Part shown: positions 53,011-62,697 of the stretch, piece after piece | How positions within the stretch are numbered: the first letter of the stretch is position 1 | Layout of the letters: each line of letters begins with the position of its first letter | Assembly: GCA_034439575.1 (NCBI GenBank) | Contig: JAWXAQ010000007.1 | Coordinates: forward strand, 1-64,000 | Direction of reading: 5' to 3' | DNA length: 64,000 nucleotides | Origin: Leptospira sp. | GTDB lineage: Bacteria > Spirochaetota > Leptospiria > Leptospirales > Leptospiraceae | Notes under the pieces: model-generated | Told to the model about the DNA's origin: nothing | The model's input: only the letters and a program-made list of their open reading frames with translations | The model's database searches: none | Position numbers and translations under genes: made by a program

Positions 53011-54203
53011 TGTCTACAAATTCACAAAAACAGAAAATTGCATTTATTTTACCTAGATTTCTTCCCGAAATTGCAGGGGGAGCCGAGAAATTAGCATTAG
53101 ATTATGCATTGATTCTCAAAGAACATTATACTGTAGAAATATTTACTTCTTGTGCGAAAGATTATATAACATGGAAAAACGAACTCTCGCAAGGCACTTC
53201 AAGTTGGAACAATTTACTGATTCATAGATTTCCAGTAAATAAAGAAAGAAATATACAAAAGATGAATCAAGTGTTAAATGATTGTCTAAAGAAAGGAAAT
53301 CAGGTAAATCCAATAGAAGAAGATTTATTTTTAATTGAACAAGGTCCTTATCTACCAAATCTTGTGAATCATTTTATTAAAGTACAATCTTCATTTTCTC
53401 TCGTAATTTTTGTAGGATATCTATATTACCCAATTGTAAAACTTCTTCCTGAAGTAAAAATTCAAAAATTAATTATTCCGACATTTCATGATGAACCTGC
53501 ATTATCACTTCCGATTTATACGAGAATTTTTCTCCCTTCATATATTTATTCGTTTAACGCGCCGGAAGAATTGAATGTTTATGAAAATCAATTCAAAAGC
53601 AAACCCAAATATGATTTGATCGGAACTTATGTGACCATTCCAACTATAAAGGCTCAAGAAATAAATTTCAATAATACAGAATCAAAATTTAATATTCTTA
53701 CGATGGGAAGAATGGAAGTTGCCAAAGGATTCAAAGAATTATTTGAGTATTATCATGAATGGCAAAAACACTATGATACGAAAGATATAAATTGGACGAG
53801 CATTGGTAGTAATCATTTCAAACAAAATGAAATTCCTGATTCCATTCACATCCAAGGTTTTGTTTCCGAAGAAGAAAAGTATCGATTTATATCATCTGCT
53901 TCCCTTGTTATCAATCCTTCACCTTATGAAAGCTTTTCGATCGCAATGATGGAAGCTTGGTCTTATGGAGTTCCTGTCCTAGTAAACGCTAAGTCTGATG
54001 TTATGCGAGGTCATTGCGACAGAAGCCAAGGTGGATTATATTATTCTGATGAATTATCATTTCGAAGGTGTCTGGAATATTTAATCAATCATCCAAATTT
54101 GTGTCGTTCTTTAGGGGCGAATGGAAAAAAATATGTCCAAGCAAATTTCACAAAGGAAGTTGTTGGACATAAATTATTAAATCTAATTAAAAAACTTCTC
54201 TAA
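53007..54203 (+). CDS. Glycosyltransferase family 4
   Basis: GGAE, GR....KG, PS.YESFSI..MEAW. Confidence 0.92.
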   Translation: MMSTNSQKQKIAFILPRFLPEIAGGAEKLALDYALILKEHYTVEIFTSCAKDYITWKNELSQGTSSWNNLLIHRFPVNKERNIQKMNQVLNDCLKKGNQVNPIEEDLFLIEQGPYLPNLVNHFIKVQSSFSLVIFVGYLYYPIVKLLPEVKIQKLIIPTFHDEPALSLPIYTRIFLPSYIYSFNAPEELNVYENQFKSKPKYDLIGTYVTIPTIKAQEINFNNTESKFNILTMGRMEVAKGFKELFEYYHEWQKHYDTKDINWTSIGSNHFKQNEIPDSIHIQGFVSEEEKYRFISSASLVINPSPYESFSIAMMEAWSYGVPVLVNAKSDVMRGHCDRSQGGLYYSDELSFRRCLEYLINHPNLCRSLGANGKKYVQANFTKEVVGHKLLNLIKKLL

Positions 54204-54999
54204 TTATTTGTCCTTCAAATATATTTAGTAAAAGTTCATGTATTTTGCCGTTGCTTGCAAGCAAACTAGGCGTGTACGGATTAAAATCATTTCCATCTAA
54301 AGTTGTCAATTGACCACCCGCTTCCAACACGATTAAACCTGCTGCTGCCATATCCCAAGGTTTTAAACCCATCTCATAATAACCATCAAACTTACCATCG
54401 GCGACCCAACACAAATCAAGTGTAGCCGCTCCTGTTCTTCTTATGCCTCTAGATTTTATAAGAATAGACTTATAATAAGACAATAATACTTCCAAGGACT
54501 CTGTTCTATCATACGGAAAACCTGTGCAAAAAAGTGCGTCTTTCATCGATTTTGTCTTTGACACTGAAATCTTTGTCCGATCACGAAAAGCACCTTGGCC
54601 TTTAATCGCATGATAACAATTCCCAAGCTCAGGGAAAAGCACCATTCCAACTACAGGTTGTTTGGTGCTCTCTAATTCGACAGCTACAGATACGCCATAA
54701 AGAGGAAGCCCATGAGCATAATTCGTAGTCCCATCAACGGGATCAATGATCCAACGATAACCAGTTTCACCCTTTTTCTCTCCATACTCTTCCGATAAAA
54801 AACCATCTCCCGGAAAATACTTTTGTATTTCGTCCAAGATCATTTTTTCAGAAGCTAAATCAGCTTCGGTGACTAAATTGTATAATCCCTTTTCCGAAAT
54901 ATCTAAGTTAGTTGACAAGTGTTTTTCAATTAAAAATTTCCCAACTTGAGGAAGAAAGTTTAAAAAATGATGTGACCGGTTTTTAAGTTCGGACTCCAT
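54187..54999 (-). CDS. suhB: Inositol monophosphatase family protein
   Basis: VTEAD, SEE, WIIDPVDGTTNY, WDMAAA. Confidence 0.9.
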   Translation of the reverse strand: MESELKNRSHHFLNFLPQVGKFLIEKHLSTNLDISEKGLYNLVTEADLASEKMILDEIQKYFPGDGFLSEEYGEKKGETGYRWIIDPVDGTTNYAHGLPLYGVSVAVELESTKQPVVGMVLFPELGNCYHAIKGQGAFRDRTKISVSKTKSMKDALFCTGFPYDRTESLEVLLSYYKSILIKSRGIRRTGAATLDLCWVADGKFDGYYEMGLKPWDMAAAGLIVLEAGGQLTTLDGNDFNPYTPSLLASNGKIHELLLNIFEGQIIREVF

Positions 55000-55868
55000 C
55001 AATAACCGCCAAATTCGATATTTTTCTTCATGGCAGTAATTTCAACATCTAAGTTCAATGTTTCATCGGCTTTCAATTTGGCGCGGACTTGTTCTGTCGT
55101 TTTGATAACTTCATGCAACAGTTGATTTAATTCACCTTTTCGTTTTTCATTTTCGGCCGCGAGTTGTGGATCTTTTGAAACCCTATTGTATTGAGTTAAA
55201 ATTTTTGAAGTTGTCTCAGGGAAATAATTAATATATTGTTTTGCTTTTTTGTAAGAAAGAGGTTCCTCAGCTAAACGAATTCTTAAGTCTCCCAATGAAT
55301 GCAAAAATTCATTTCCAAGTCCAACTAACGAAGAATCTGTCAATAGTTTCACTTCTTTTTCAATCGTACCTTTATGAGAGTCTAATTTGTCCATAAAGGA
55401 TTTGTATTCGTTAAACTCCACTTTGTCGGAAAATTGTTTTTTTAATGCATTCCAATTTTCTTTGGTGGAACTATTGGCAAATAACATAGGAAAAAAACTA
55501 AATGGATAATGGTGTGGTTTTCCGAGACTGGTTTTAAAAATTCCAAAACCTAACATCAACAAATGGAGAAATCCTACTAAAATATAGGAAAATACTAATA
55601 AAATCCTATCTTCAGAAAACAAATTTCCAAATCCAATATATCCAAACGAAACTAAGGCCTGTAAATATAATGCTTCCAAAGCCTGAATTCCAGAATAGGA
55701 AGATTTTTTACGTGAAAGCCAAATCACAAAAGGAAAAGCCAAAGCTCCCAAAAGTTCAAATGAGAAAGGGAAAGGAAGTAAATAAATAGGATAAGTTAAA
55801 AGTGTACTTAAGTGGGCACGACGCGCCCACTGTTTTTCTTCTGGTTCTACAATTTCATTTTTTTCCAT
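54999..55868 (-). CDS. DUF4870-like TM domain fused to an XpaC-like domain
   Basis: E.QWA..AHLS...P..IW TM N-terminus; C-terminal Y.P.T..I..Y and LDVEI; downstream of telA. Confidence 0.7.
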   Translation of the reverse strand: MEKNEIVEPEEKQWARRAHLSTLLTYPIYLLPFPFSFELLGALAFPFVIWLSRKKSSYSGIQALEALYLQALVSFGYIGFGNLFSEDRILLVFSYILVGFLHLLMLGFGIFKTSLGKPHHYPFSFFPMLFANSSTKENWNALKKQFSDKVEFNEYKSFMDKLDSHKGTIEKEVKLLTDSSLVGLGNEFLHSLGDLRIRLAEEPLSYKKAKQYINYFPETTSKILTQYNRVSKDPQLAAENEKRKGELNQLLHEVIKTTEQVRAKLKADETLNLDVEITAMKKNIEFGGY

Positions 55869-55871
55869 TCT

Positions 55872-56942
55872 CTATTTTGCTTCCAATAACTTTTGTTTGA
55901 TGTCTGATTCTATTTTGACTAATTCTTGTTCTGCGTCTTTTCGTTTTCTTCTACCTTCATCTTGAATTTTCAAAGTTTCTGTAATTGTTTCAATCAATTG
56001 TTGATTAACTTTTTTGAGAGTTTCGATTTCGACGATGCCTTTTTCTGATTCCTGAGCAATTTCAATCGTTCCTGTTTTTAACATCTCTGCATTTTTTTGA
56101 ATCAATTCATTTGTTGTTTTGGTCACTTCTTGTTGCGCTGTTAAGGCTTTTCTTTGACGTAACAATCCAAGTGCGATGACAATTTGATTTTTCCAAAGAG
56201 GAATCGTATTTAAGATAGAACTTTGAATTTTTTCAACTAACACCTGATTTCCATTTTGAATCAGACGAATTTGAGGGCCAGTTTGCAAAGAGAGAATACG
56301 ACTAAGTTTTAGATCATGAATTTTCTTTTCAAAACGATCCACCATTTGTACCATATCTTGGTACTTTTGTGAAGCCATAGTATCACCTTGAGCTTGCGCT
56401 TTAGTTAACATTTCTGGTAAAATTTTATCTCTAAGTTCTTTGATTTTTCCATCCCCAGCAGCGATATATACTTGGATCTCTTTAAAGTATTCTAAGTTTT
56501 TTTCATATAAACTTTGTAAAAGAGTTATATCTTTTGTTAGGTTGGTGCGCGCCATGTGCAATTCGTCTACGATCTTTTCGATTTGTGAATGAAGGTCCTC
56601 AAACTTTGCTAGGAACTTTTTGGAAGCATCAAAAATACTTCCGATCAATGGAATTTTAGAAAGAAAACTTCCTTCACCAGAGACACTATCCAAATTTAAG
56701 TCTTTTACTTTAAAAAGCAAATTACTGAGGAGCTCTCCCGCATAACCCGAATCCTTGGTTTTAATTTCTGCTAAGACTTTATCAGCAAATTCCGAAACAC
56801 GAGCTTGGACTGAGGAACCGTATTGAATGATATCGTTTGGATCGTTTAACTTAATTTGGTCAGTTAACTCCTGAACTTTTTTAAGATCATCTGCTGTTAA
56901 TTGCAATTCTGGGTCATTTGATTTAATTTCTAGGGAGTCCAT
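55872..56942 (-). CDS. telA: Toxic anion resistance protein TelA/KlaA
   Basis: Q..PQIRLIQ..N..L.EKIQS....TIPLWKNQ. Confidence 0.92.
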   Translation of the reverse strand: MDSLEIKSNDPELQLTADDLKKVQELTDQIKLNDPNDIIQYGSSVQARVSEFADKVLAEIKTKDSGYAGELLSNLLFKVKDLNLDSVSGEGSFLSKIPLIGSIFDASKKFLAKFEDLHSQIEKIVDELHMARTNLTKDITLLQSLYEKNLEYFKEIQVYIAAGDGKIKELRDKILPEMLTKAQAQGDTMASQKYQDMVQMVDRFEKKIHDLKLSRILSLQTGPQIRLIQNGNQVLVEKIQSSILNTIPLWKNQIVIALGLLRQRKALTAQQEVTKTTNELIQKNAEMLKTGTIEIAQESEKGIVEIETLKKVNQQLIETITETLKIQDEGRRKRKDAEQELVKIESDIKQKLLEAK

Positions 56943-57144
56943 CTGATTTCATTCCTAATATTCTATTTCCTAAAATTAGAGTTTTTATCTACAATGAGGC
57001 AAGCAGAAAATCGAAGGTGCAAAAAGCCGAATAGTATTTCAAAAAATGAAAATTAGTGCCAACTTTCGACAAAAATTCAACCTTCTCATTTAGTTAGATT
57101 CATACAATGCGAGCAAAATGTCCGATATTCTTTGAGAAAAATAT

Positions 57145-57750
57145 ATGTTAAAAAATTTAATCCAATTTCCAATTCCCTCTTCGAACTTAGTCGTAGATTT
57201 AAATTCGTTTTGTTCCCCCTTTTACTCAAATGAAGAAATTAGAAAGGTGCTCTATCATTTTCGAAAACATAATTTTGATCACTATTTGATTGTTAAATAT
57301 TTATTCACTACAGGCGCATCCATTCCTGATCTAATTCATTTTCGGATGATGGATTTTAATTACGAAGAATCCTTTTTAACACTACAGGCTAGATCGCGTC
57401 TCGGTTTTCGAAAGATTTCTTTAGAAAAGGAATTTGCAAAAGAACTGTATCGACATGGCACACAATATTCTGTTGATTCCCCTATTTTTCCCGGCCGAAA
57501 TGGAAATAGAGAAGAGCGCTCGATTCAAAAAATTCTGAAAAAAGCTTCTATTTTGATCGCAAAAGAGATAACTATACCAACGATTCGAGATTCTATTGCA
57601 TTATCCTTCTTTCAGTCAGGGATCTCTGTACCAGAAATCCAAACATACTTAGGACACAGATCGCAAAAATCGACCCGTTATCGCATCCAATCCCAACAAT
57701 ATAGGTTGAAAGACGAGAATTTTAGTCCAATGAATGAAAAAGCAGCTTAA
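57145..57750 (+). CDS. Tyrosine recombinase catalytic-domain-like protein, degenerate
   Basis: LFTTGASIPDL (box I), IFPG, TIRDSIA, IQTYLGHRS..ST (box II). Confidence 0.75.
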   Translation: MLKNLIQFPIPSSNLVVDLNSFCSPFYSNEEIRKVLYHFRKHNFDHYLIVKYLFTTGASIPDLIHFRMMDFNYEESFLTLQARSRLGFRKISLEKEFAKELYRHGTQYSVDSPIFPGRNGNREERSIQKILKKASILIAKEITIPTIRDSIALSFFQSGISVPEIQTYLGHRSQKSTRYRIQSQQYRLKDENFSPMNEKAA

Positions 57751-57804
57751 AAATTTCTTGAATGTTATGACAATTCGATGATCCTTGCCGTAAGTAGGCG
57801 CGTT

Positions 57805-58143
57805 TTGGAAATTAAAACCAAAAAAATTGGAAACCACACCCTAGTTCACCTCAATGGCAGACTAGATATTACACATTCTGACGAAGTGGAAGCAAAACTT
57901 GCGGAAGATGTACAAAGTGGTAATGGTGATATCATTATTAACCTGGAGTTGATTTCATATATCTCCTCTTCGGGGATACGAATTTTCGTGGGAATGGTGC
58001 GTGAACTCGACAAACAAGGCCGCAAGCTAAAGTTATGTTGCATTACTCCTCCCGTTAAAAAAGTCTTTGATGTTGTTGAGCTACTTGATCTTTTCGAAGT
58101 TTTCGAAACTGAGCAGGAAGCGGTTGCCTCTCTATCGAAATAG
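57805..58143 (+). CDS. STAS domain anti-sigma factor antagonist
   Basis: GRLD, YISSSGIR (phosphorylatable Ser), VKKVF; TTG start inferred. Confidence 0.92.
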   Translation: MEIKTKKIGNHTLVHLNGRLDITHSDEVEAKLAEDVQSGNGDIIINLELISYISSSGIRIFVGMVRELDKQGRKLKLCCITPPVKKVFDVVELLDLFEVFETEQEAVASLSK

Positions 58144-58159
58144 CCCGTCTAACCTGGGC

Positions 58160-59605
58160 TTGTTTCCATTCACTCTCTTTCTATTAACTTCCTTTTATTT
58201 TTTCTTCTTTTTTTCGTTAGTTGAAACATTACCGCCAGTATGGCCTGATGAAGTTTTATTTTTTTCACCTTCTTCACAGTTCTCAAATTTTGGAATTTTA
58301 AAAACAGATGTTCTCATTGGTTTGATTCCTGGTATGGAATTAAAAACCCTTTGGATGCCGCCTGGTTATTTATTAATATCCTCCTTATTTTTAAAAATAT
58401 TTCCGCAAACATTATTTACAATACGTTTTGTAAGTTTTCTTACAACATTACTTTCAGCTTACGCATTTATCTTTTTACTAAAGAGATTCAAATTTAGTAA
58501 TATTTCAATTTCAATTGCGTTCGCAACTATACTCTTTGAACCACTTTTGTTTCGCTTCGGTATCCCAGGACGAATGGAAGGAACTACAATATTATTTTTT
58601 CTAATTAGTTTGTTATTTGCCACATCACGTCTAAACAACATTTGGAGAAGTATTCTATCAGGATTGTTTTTAGCTTTTTCAACTTTATCTCACCCATTCA
58701 CAGCTTCACTAGGCTTTGTGGTTCTATATCCTTTGTTAGTTGGGAATGAAAAAAAAATACAAAGCCTTTTACTTTTCACAATTGCAGGATTGTTACCATT
58801 TCTTGGATGGTTGTATTATATTTACCCAGATTGGGAATTATTTTTAATCCAATTCGGATCGCAATTAGTTCGAAAAAAAGCCTTATTTGAAAGTTTTGAT
58901 TTATTAACAAAATTGAAAATTTTCTCATTTGGATTCGCATATTCTAAAATTCGATTATTGATCATCGGATTTCAATTGATCCTTTTAATTTTATTTACCT
59001 ATCAAATTAAAAAAGCTAAACTTTCCATTCCTTATAGATTTAACTTTTTTTGGCTATGGATCATATGTGTTTTTTTCTCGATTTATTCATCTTCCGAAGG
59101 ATGGTACGTAATTCATTTCTTATTTCCATTTGCTTTCGGCATGGCAATACTAAGTGAACAAAAATATATAGGCATAAAACTTGCATTATTCGGCATTTTA
59201 ATTTCAGTTATTGGTTGGTTTTATATTATTAATATACATTATATAAAATCAAATTCTGATTTAATCCTTCAAAATCATTTTCAAAAGATTTATGAATCGG
59301 TAAAAAATTACAAAAAAATATATGTTCAGTCAATACCTGATCCATATTTTTATTTGAAATCAAAAAATCCAAATCAACAGATATTGGAATTTATACCCGG
59401 TGAATTAGAAATTCCATCGGAGGTATTCAAAAATACGATCGCCGAACAAGAGGCCTTTATTTTCTATAACGAAGACTTAAAAAACCAAGCTATTAAAGAA
59501 TTTTTGATTCAAAATCCGGAATGGATTCGAGAAGAATGGGATATTCCTGTTAGTTCTAATCATTGGTTAGCATATAAAACCATTATATATCGAAAACCTT
59601 TATAG
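58160..59605 (+). CDS. GT-C fold (PMT/ArnT-like) membrane glycosyltransferase
   Basis: WPDE after TM1, PPGY, R, GRME, HP; many TM segments; start uncertain. Confidence 0.75.
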   Translation: MFPFTLFLLTSFYFFFFFSLVETLPPVWPDEVLFFSPSSQFSNFGILKTDVLIGLIPGMELKTLWMPPGYLLISSLFLKIFPQTLFTIRFVSFLTTLLSAYAFIFLLKRFKFSNISISIAFATILFEPLLFRFGIPGRMEGTTILFFLISLLFATSRLNNIWRSILSGLFLAFSTLSHPFTASLGFVVLYPLLVGNEKKIQSLLLFTIAGLLPFLGWLYYIYPDWELFLIQFGSQLVRKKALFESFDLLTKLKIFSFGFAYSKIRLLIIGFQLILLILFTYQIKKAKLSIPYRFNFFWLWIICVFFSIYSSSEGWYVIHFLFPFAFGMAILSEQKYIGIKLALFGILISVIGWFYIINIHYIKSNSDLILQNHFQKIYESVKNYKKIYVQSIPDPYFYLKSKNPNQQILEFIPGELEIPSEVFKNTIAEQEAFIFYNEDLKNQAIKEFLIQNPEWIREEWDIPVSSNHWLAYKTIIYRKPL

Positions 59606-59620
59606 AGATACATTGATCCT

Positions 59621-60268
59621 ATGAAGAAAAATTATTTATCAATTCTCTCATTATTTTCCATATTACTTCATATAAATTGTTACAAATCAAAAAAGGATGA
59701 TTTTTATCTTTTGACTTTATTAAATCATAGTGCCAATCCCATCAAAGTCACCGTGCTAGGTGATTCTCTTTCCCAATGGTCTAATACTTTTGGATTGAGT
59801 CAAAAATTACCTTCTACTTATAAAGTTACTGATTTATCTGTGGCTGGATATGATACGGCTCTCTGGATTTCAGAATTATCTAGAGCTGAAATAGTACCGA
59901 CAGATATTTGGATCATTGAGTTAGGAACGAATGACGCGAGTTATTCTGGTACAAATGGATTTAAAGAAAGATATATGGAAATATTGAATCGACTTAAACA
60001 AAGGACATTTTCTTATTTTTTACTTTCGACAGTACCAAAAACAAATCAAAACGGACTTCATCAAAGCATACTTTCAAATAATGAAGTCATCCGTGAACTG
60101 GTTAAGACTGATCCTGCTTATAGATTGGCCGATTTAGAAAAAGTATTTTCTGAAAAATCAGATTCAGTCATCTTATATCCTTTGAATGATCCCATCCATC
60201 CAAATGGGATCGGATATGAACTGATTGGCGAAGAGTATAGAAAACTTTTACTTGGTTTTCAAATTTAA
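59621..60268 (+). CDS. SGNH/GDSL hydrolase lipoprotein
   Basis: GDSL, G, GTND, DPIHPN; N-terminal Cys after hydrophobic stretch. Confidence 0.9.
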   Translation: MKKNYLSILSLFSILLHINCYKSKKDDFYLLTLLNHSANPIKVTVLGDSLSQWSNTFGLSQKLPSTYKVTDLSVAGYDTALWISELSRAEIVPTDIWIIELGTNDASYSGTNGFKERYMEILNRLKQRTFSYFLLSTVPKTNQNGLHQSILSNNEVIRELVKTDPAYRLADLEKVFSEKSDSVILYPLNDPIHPNGIGYELIGEEYRKLLLGFQI

Positions 60269-61048
60269 ATCAGCGAGTATTTTAAGACCTTTTAAAGTTA
60301 ACATCGGATCTATAACATCAAAAACCTTGTTATGCGAAGCGTGAATCGTACTTACCAATCCACCTGTTCCAACAACTATATAATCACCAGGCATTTCTTC
60401 TTTAATCGCTCTCACGATTTCTTTTAAAAGCCCTATCCAACCAAAGAAAAAACCAGATTGGATAGATTCAACTGTTGATCCACCTAACACCTTTGCTGGG
60501 GCACCAAAAACTATGGGTGGCAATTGGGCGGTATTTCTTGTTAAAGCATCCATAGAAATTTTTAAACCAGGGGCGATCACACCACCGATGTATTCTGGTT
60601 TTTCATTGATTACACAAAACGTTGTGGCAGTTCCTAAATCTACTAATATAGCCTTTCTACCTGGATACATCTTGGCACAATAAGCTGCATTCACTAATCG
60701 ATCTGCACCTATTTCAAATGGTCGTGGATAAGTGATACCAAAGTTTAAATTCATTTCATAATGAACTCTTTCGGGGTTCACATTAAACCAGTCCTCTAAC
60801 ATACGCTCAACGATCGGATTTAAAGAAGGAACAACGCTTGAATAAATTGCACGAGTAATTCGTTCTGAATTTACTTTTTCATGGGAAAGAAACCCCTTTA
60901 AAAAAAGACCCAATTCATCTGAAGTTCTATCCCTTCTTGTCACAGTCCTTTTATGAAAATCAGGTTGGTCTTCTCCTTCTTGAAAAATTCCAAATACAGT
61001 ATTTGTATTTCCGACATCGACTACGAGTAAGAGAGGTTTTTCTGCCAT
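60248..61048 (-). CDS. coaX: Type III pantothenate kinase
   Basis: DVGNT, SSVVP, GADR, DLGTATT, GG.I.PG, TGG. Confidence 0.96.
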   Translation of the reverse strand: MAEKPLLLVVDVGNTNTVFGIFQEGEDQPDFHKRTVTRRDRTSDELGLFLKGFLSHEKVNSERITRAIYSSVVPSLNPIVERMLEDWFNVNPERVHYEMNLNFGITYPRPFEIGADRLVNAAYCAKMYPGRKAILVDLGTATTFCVINEKPEYIGGVIAPGLKISMDALTRNTAQLPPIVFGAPAKVLGGSTVESIQSGFFFGWIGLLKEIVRAIKEEMPGDYIVVGTGGLVSTIHASHNKVFDVIDPMLTLKGLKILADLNLKTK

Positions 61049-61804
61049 TTAAATTATCCGAAAACTTGGTGAGGTGTCCATGATCTCAATCTTTTCACCT
61101 TTATCAGTCAGAATTATGAGAAAACCATATTCATCAATTCCCAAAACTTTTCCACGAACAATTTTTGAATCCCATTCTGTTTCTATAACCTTATCTTTTA
61201 AGTAGGAATGTGATTCAATCCAGATCAGTTCGTTTAAAATCTGGCTTGGATCAATAAGTTTGATGATATATGAATTCAAATTTTCAATAAACAAATTTGT
61301 AATTCTTTCTGTCGTTCCTTCAAGTGGAGATAAATCAAAGAGATAAGTAACCTTAGATTTTAAATCATTGGGAATTGTTTTTCCATAAACATTCATACCC
61401 ATACCAATGATAATTGTACAAATGCCTGCTTGTATTTCTGATTCGATTAAGATGCCAGCAATTTTTTTTTCACCACGATAAAGATCGTTCGGCCATTTTA
61501 TGCTCAATTCATTTTCCAAATCTGGATATAAACTTAAAAGGGATTTAAGTAATGCTGCTGATGAAAATATTGAAAAGAGAGGTAGCGAAATTTCAGAAGT
61601 AGGTATTTGTAATTTTCCAGAGAAAATAATATTTTCATCACCTAACGTTTGCCAAACGTTTCCGCCTCTACCTTTTCCATTTGTCTGTTCATCGGCAACA
61701 ATCCACGAACCAACTGGGATCTTTTTATCTTTTAAAAAATCATTCGTTGAACTAACCTTAGATACTCTCTGTCCCTGTTCTTTTTTAAGTAAGTAATATG
61801 ACAT
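61049..61804 (-). CDS. birA: Biotin--[acetyl-CoA-carboxylase] ligase (no HTH domain)
   Basis: STN, QT.GKGR.G..W, KWPND, KIAGIL.E. Confidence 0.93.
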   Translation of the reverse strand: MSYYLLKKEQGQRVSKVSSTNDFLKDKKIPVGSWIVADEQTNGKGRGGNVWQTLGDENIIFSGKLQIPTSEISLPLFSIFSSAALLKSLLSLYPDLENELSIKWPNDLYRGEKKIAGILIESEIQAGICTIIIGMGMNVYGKTIPNDLKSKVTYLFDLSPLEGTTERITNLFIENLNSYIIKLIDPSQILNELIWIESHSYLKDKVIETEWDSKIVRGKVLGIDEYGFLIILTDKGEKIEIMDTSPSFRII

Positions 61805-61866
61805 ACATAGACTAAACTGAATCGAATTGTATTGACGAAACAAAAAAAAGAATTTTGATGAGGAGT

Positions 61867-62685
61867 GTGAAAATAAAAGATAAACAAATACTTGTGACCG
61901 GTGCTGGTATGGGGATAGGGGCTCTCATTTGCGAAGAATTAGCAAAATCTGGGGCAGATACAATTATCGGTGTTGATATACTTAAAGAATCTTTAGCTGA
62001 GACACAATCAAAAGTAGAATCACTAGGTTGTAAATTTATCGGATTGTCTTGTGATCTTGCCCGTGAGGACCACATAGATCTGATGCTTAAACATATTCAA
62101 TTGCACAATATTAAATTTCAAATTTTAGTAAACAATGCAGGCATTGCACCATCGGGAGCGTTTGCCGAAGCAGATTTTAAAGTTTGGAAAAAAGCCATCC
62201 AAATCAATGTTATAGGTTTAACAAAACTAACACATGCTTGTTTACCAATATTAACTTCATTCCCAAAGTCTCATATTGTTAATCTAGCAAGTATTGCTGG
62301 CAAATTTGGATCGGAAGGAACCGTAATTTATTCGGCAACAAAACATGCCGTAGTAGGATTTTCACAAGCTCTTCGCATGGAATACTATGAGAAAAATTTA
62401 GGTGTCAGTTGGGTTTGTCCAAGTATGGCCAAAACAAGAATGATCGAAGGAGTGAAACCCTCGATTTTTACACCCATAATCGAACCGATTCGTGTCGCGA
62501 AAGCAGTTAAACATGCAATCCTTAAAAATAAAGCTGAGGTGATGGTTCCAGGCTATTTACGTATATCCGTTGTGATTTTACCCACATTGTTTCCTAGGTT
62601 ATTTCTATGGCTTGCTGTAAAAACAAAAGCCTCAAGAGGGTGGCTACTTGCAAACAAGGGACTTGAGAAAAATATTCCCGAATAA
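61867..62685 (+). CDS. Short-chain dehydrogenase/reductase
   Basis: TGAGMGIG, NNAG, YSATK; GTG start after AGGAG region (start approximate). Confidence 0.92.
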   Translation: MKIKDKQILVTGAGMGIGALICEELAKSGADTIIGVDILKESLAETQSKVESLGCKFIGLSCDLAREDHIDLMLKHIQLHNIKFQILVNNAGIAPSGAFAEADFKVWKKAIQINVIGLTKLTHACLPILTSFPKSHIVNLASIAGKFGSEGTVIYSATKHAVVGFSQALRMEYYEKNLGVSWVCPSMAKTRMIEGVKPSIFTPIIEPIRVAKAVKHAILKNKAEVMVPGYLRISVVILPTLFPRLFLWLAVKTKASRGWLLANKGLEKNIPE

Positions 62686-62697
62686 AACCTTGTCATC

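Noticed and set aside
57040..57065. Sigma-54-like TTGGCAC upstream of telA (minus strand)
   Set aside because: The -12 position reads TCAT rather than TTGC
56943..57800. Prophage or integrative element around the integrase-like gene
   Set aside because: No tRNA, att repeats, phage or conjugation genes; flanks look like core genes
58143..58165. Short GCCC...GGGC hairpin after the STAS gene sharing TCTAACCTGG with the 37281 hairpin
   Set aside because: Stem too short, and a single 10-bp match is expected by chance in 64 kb; no evidence for a REP family
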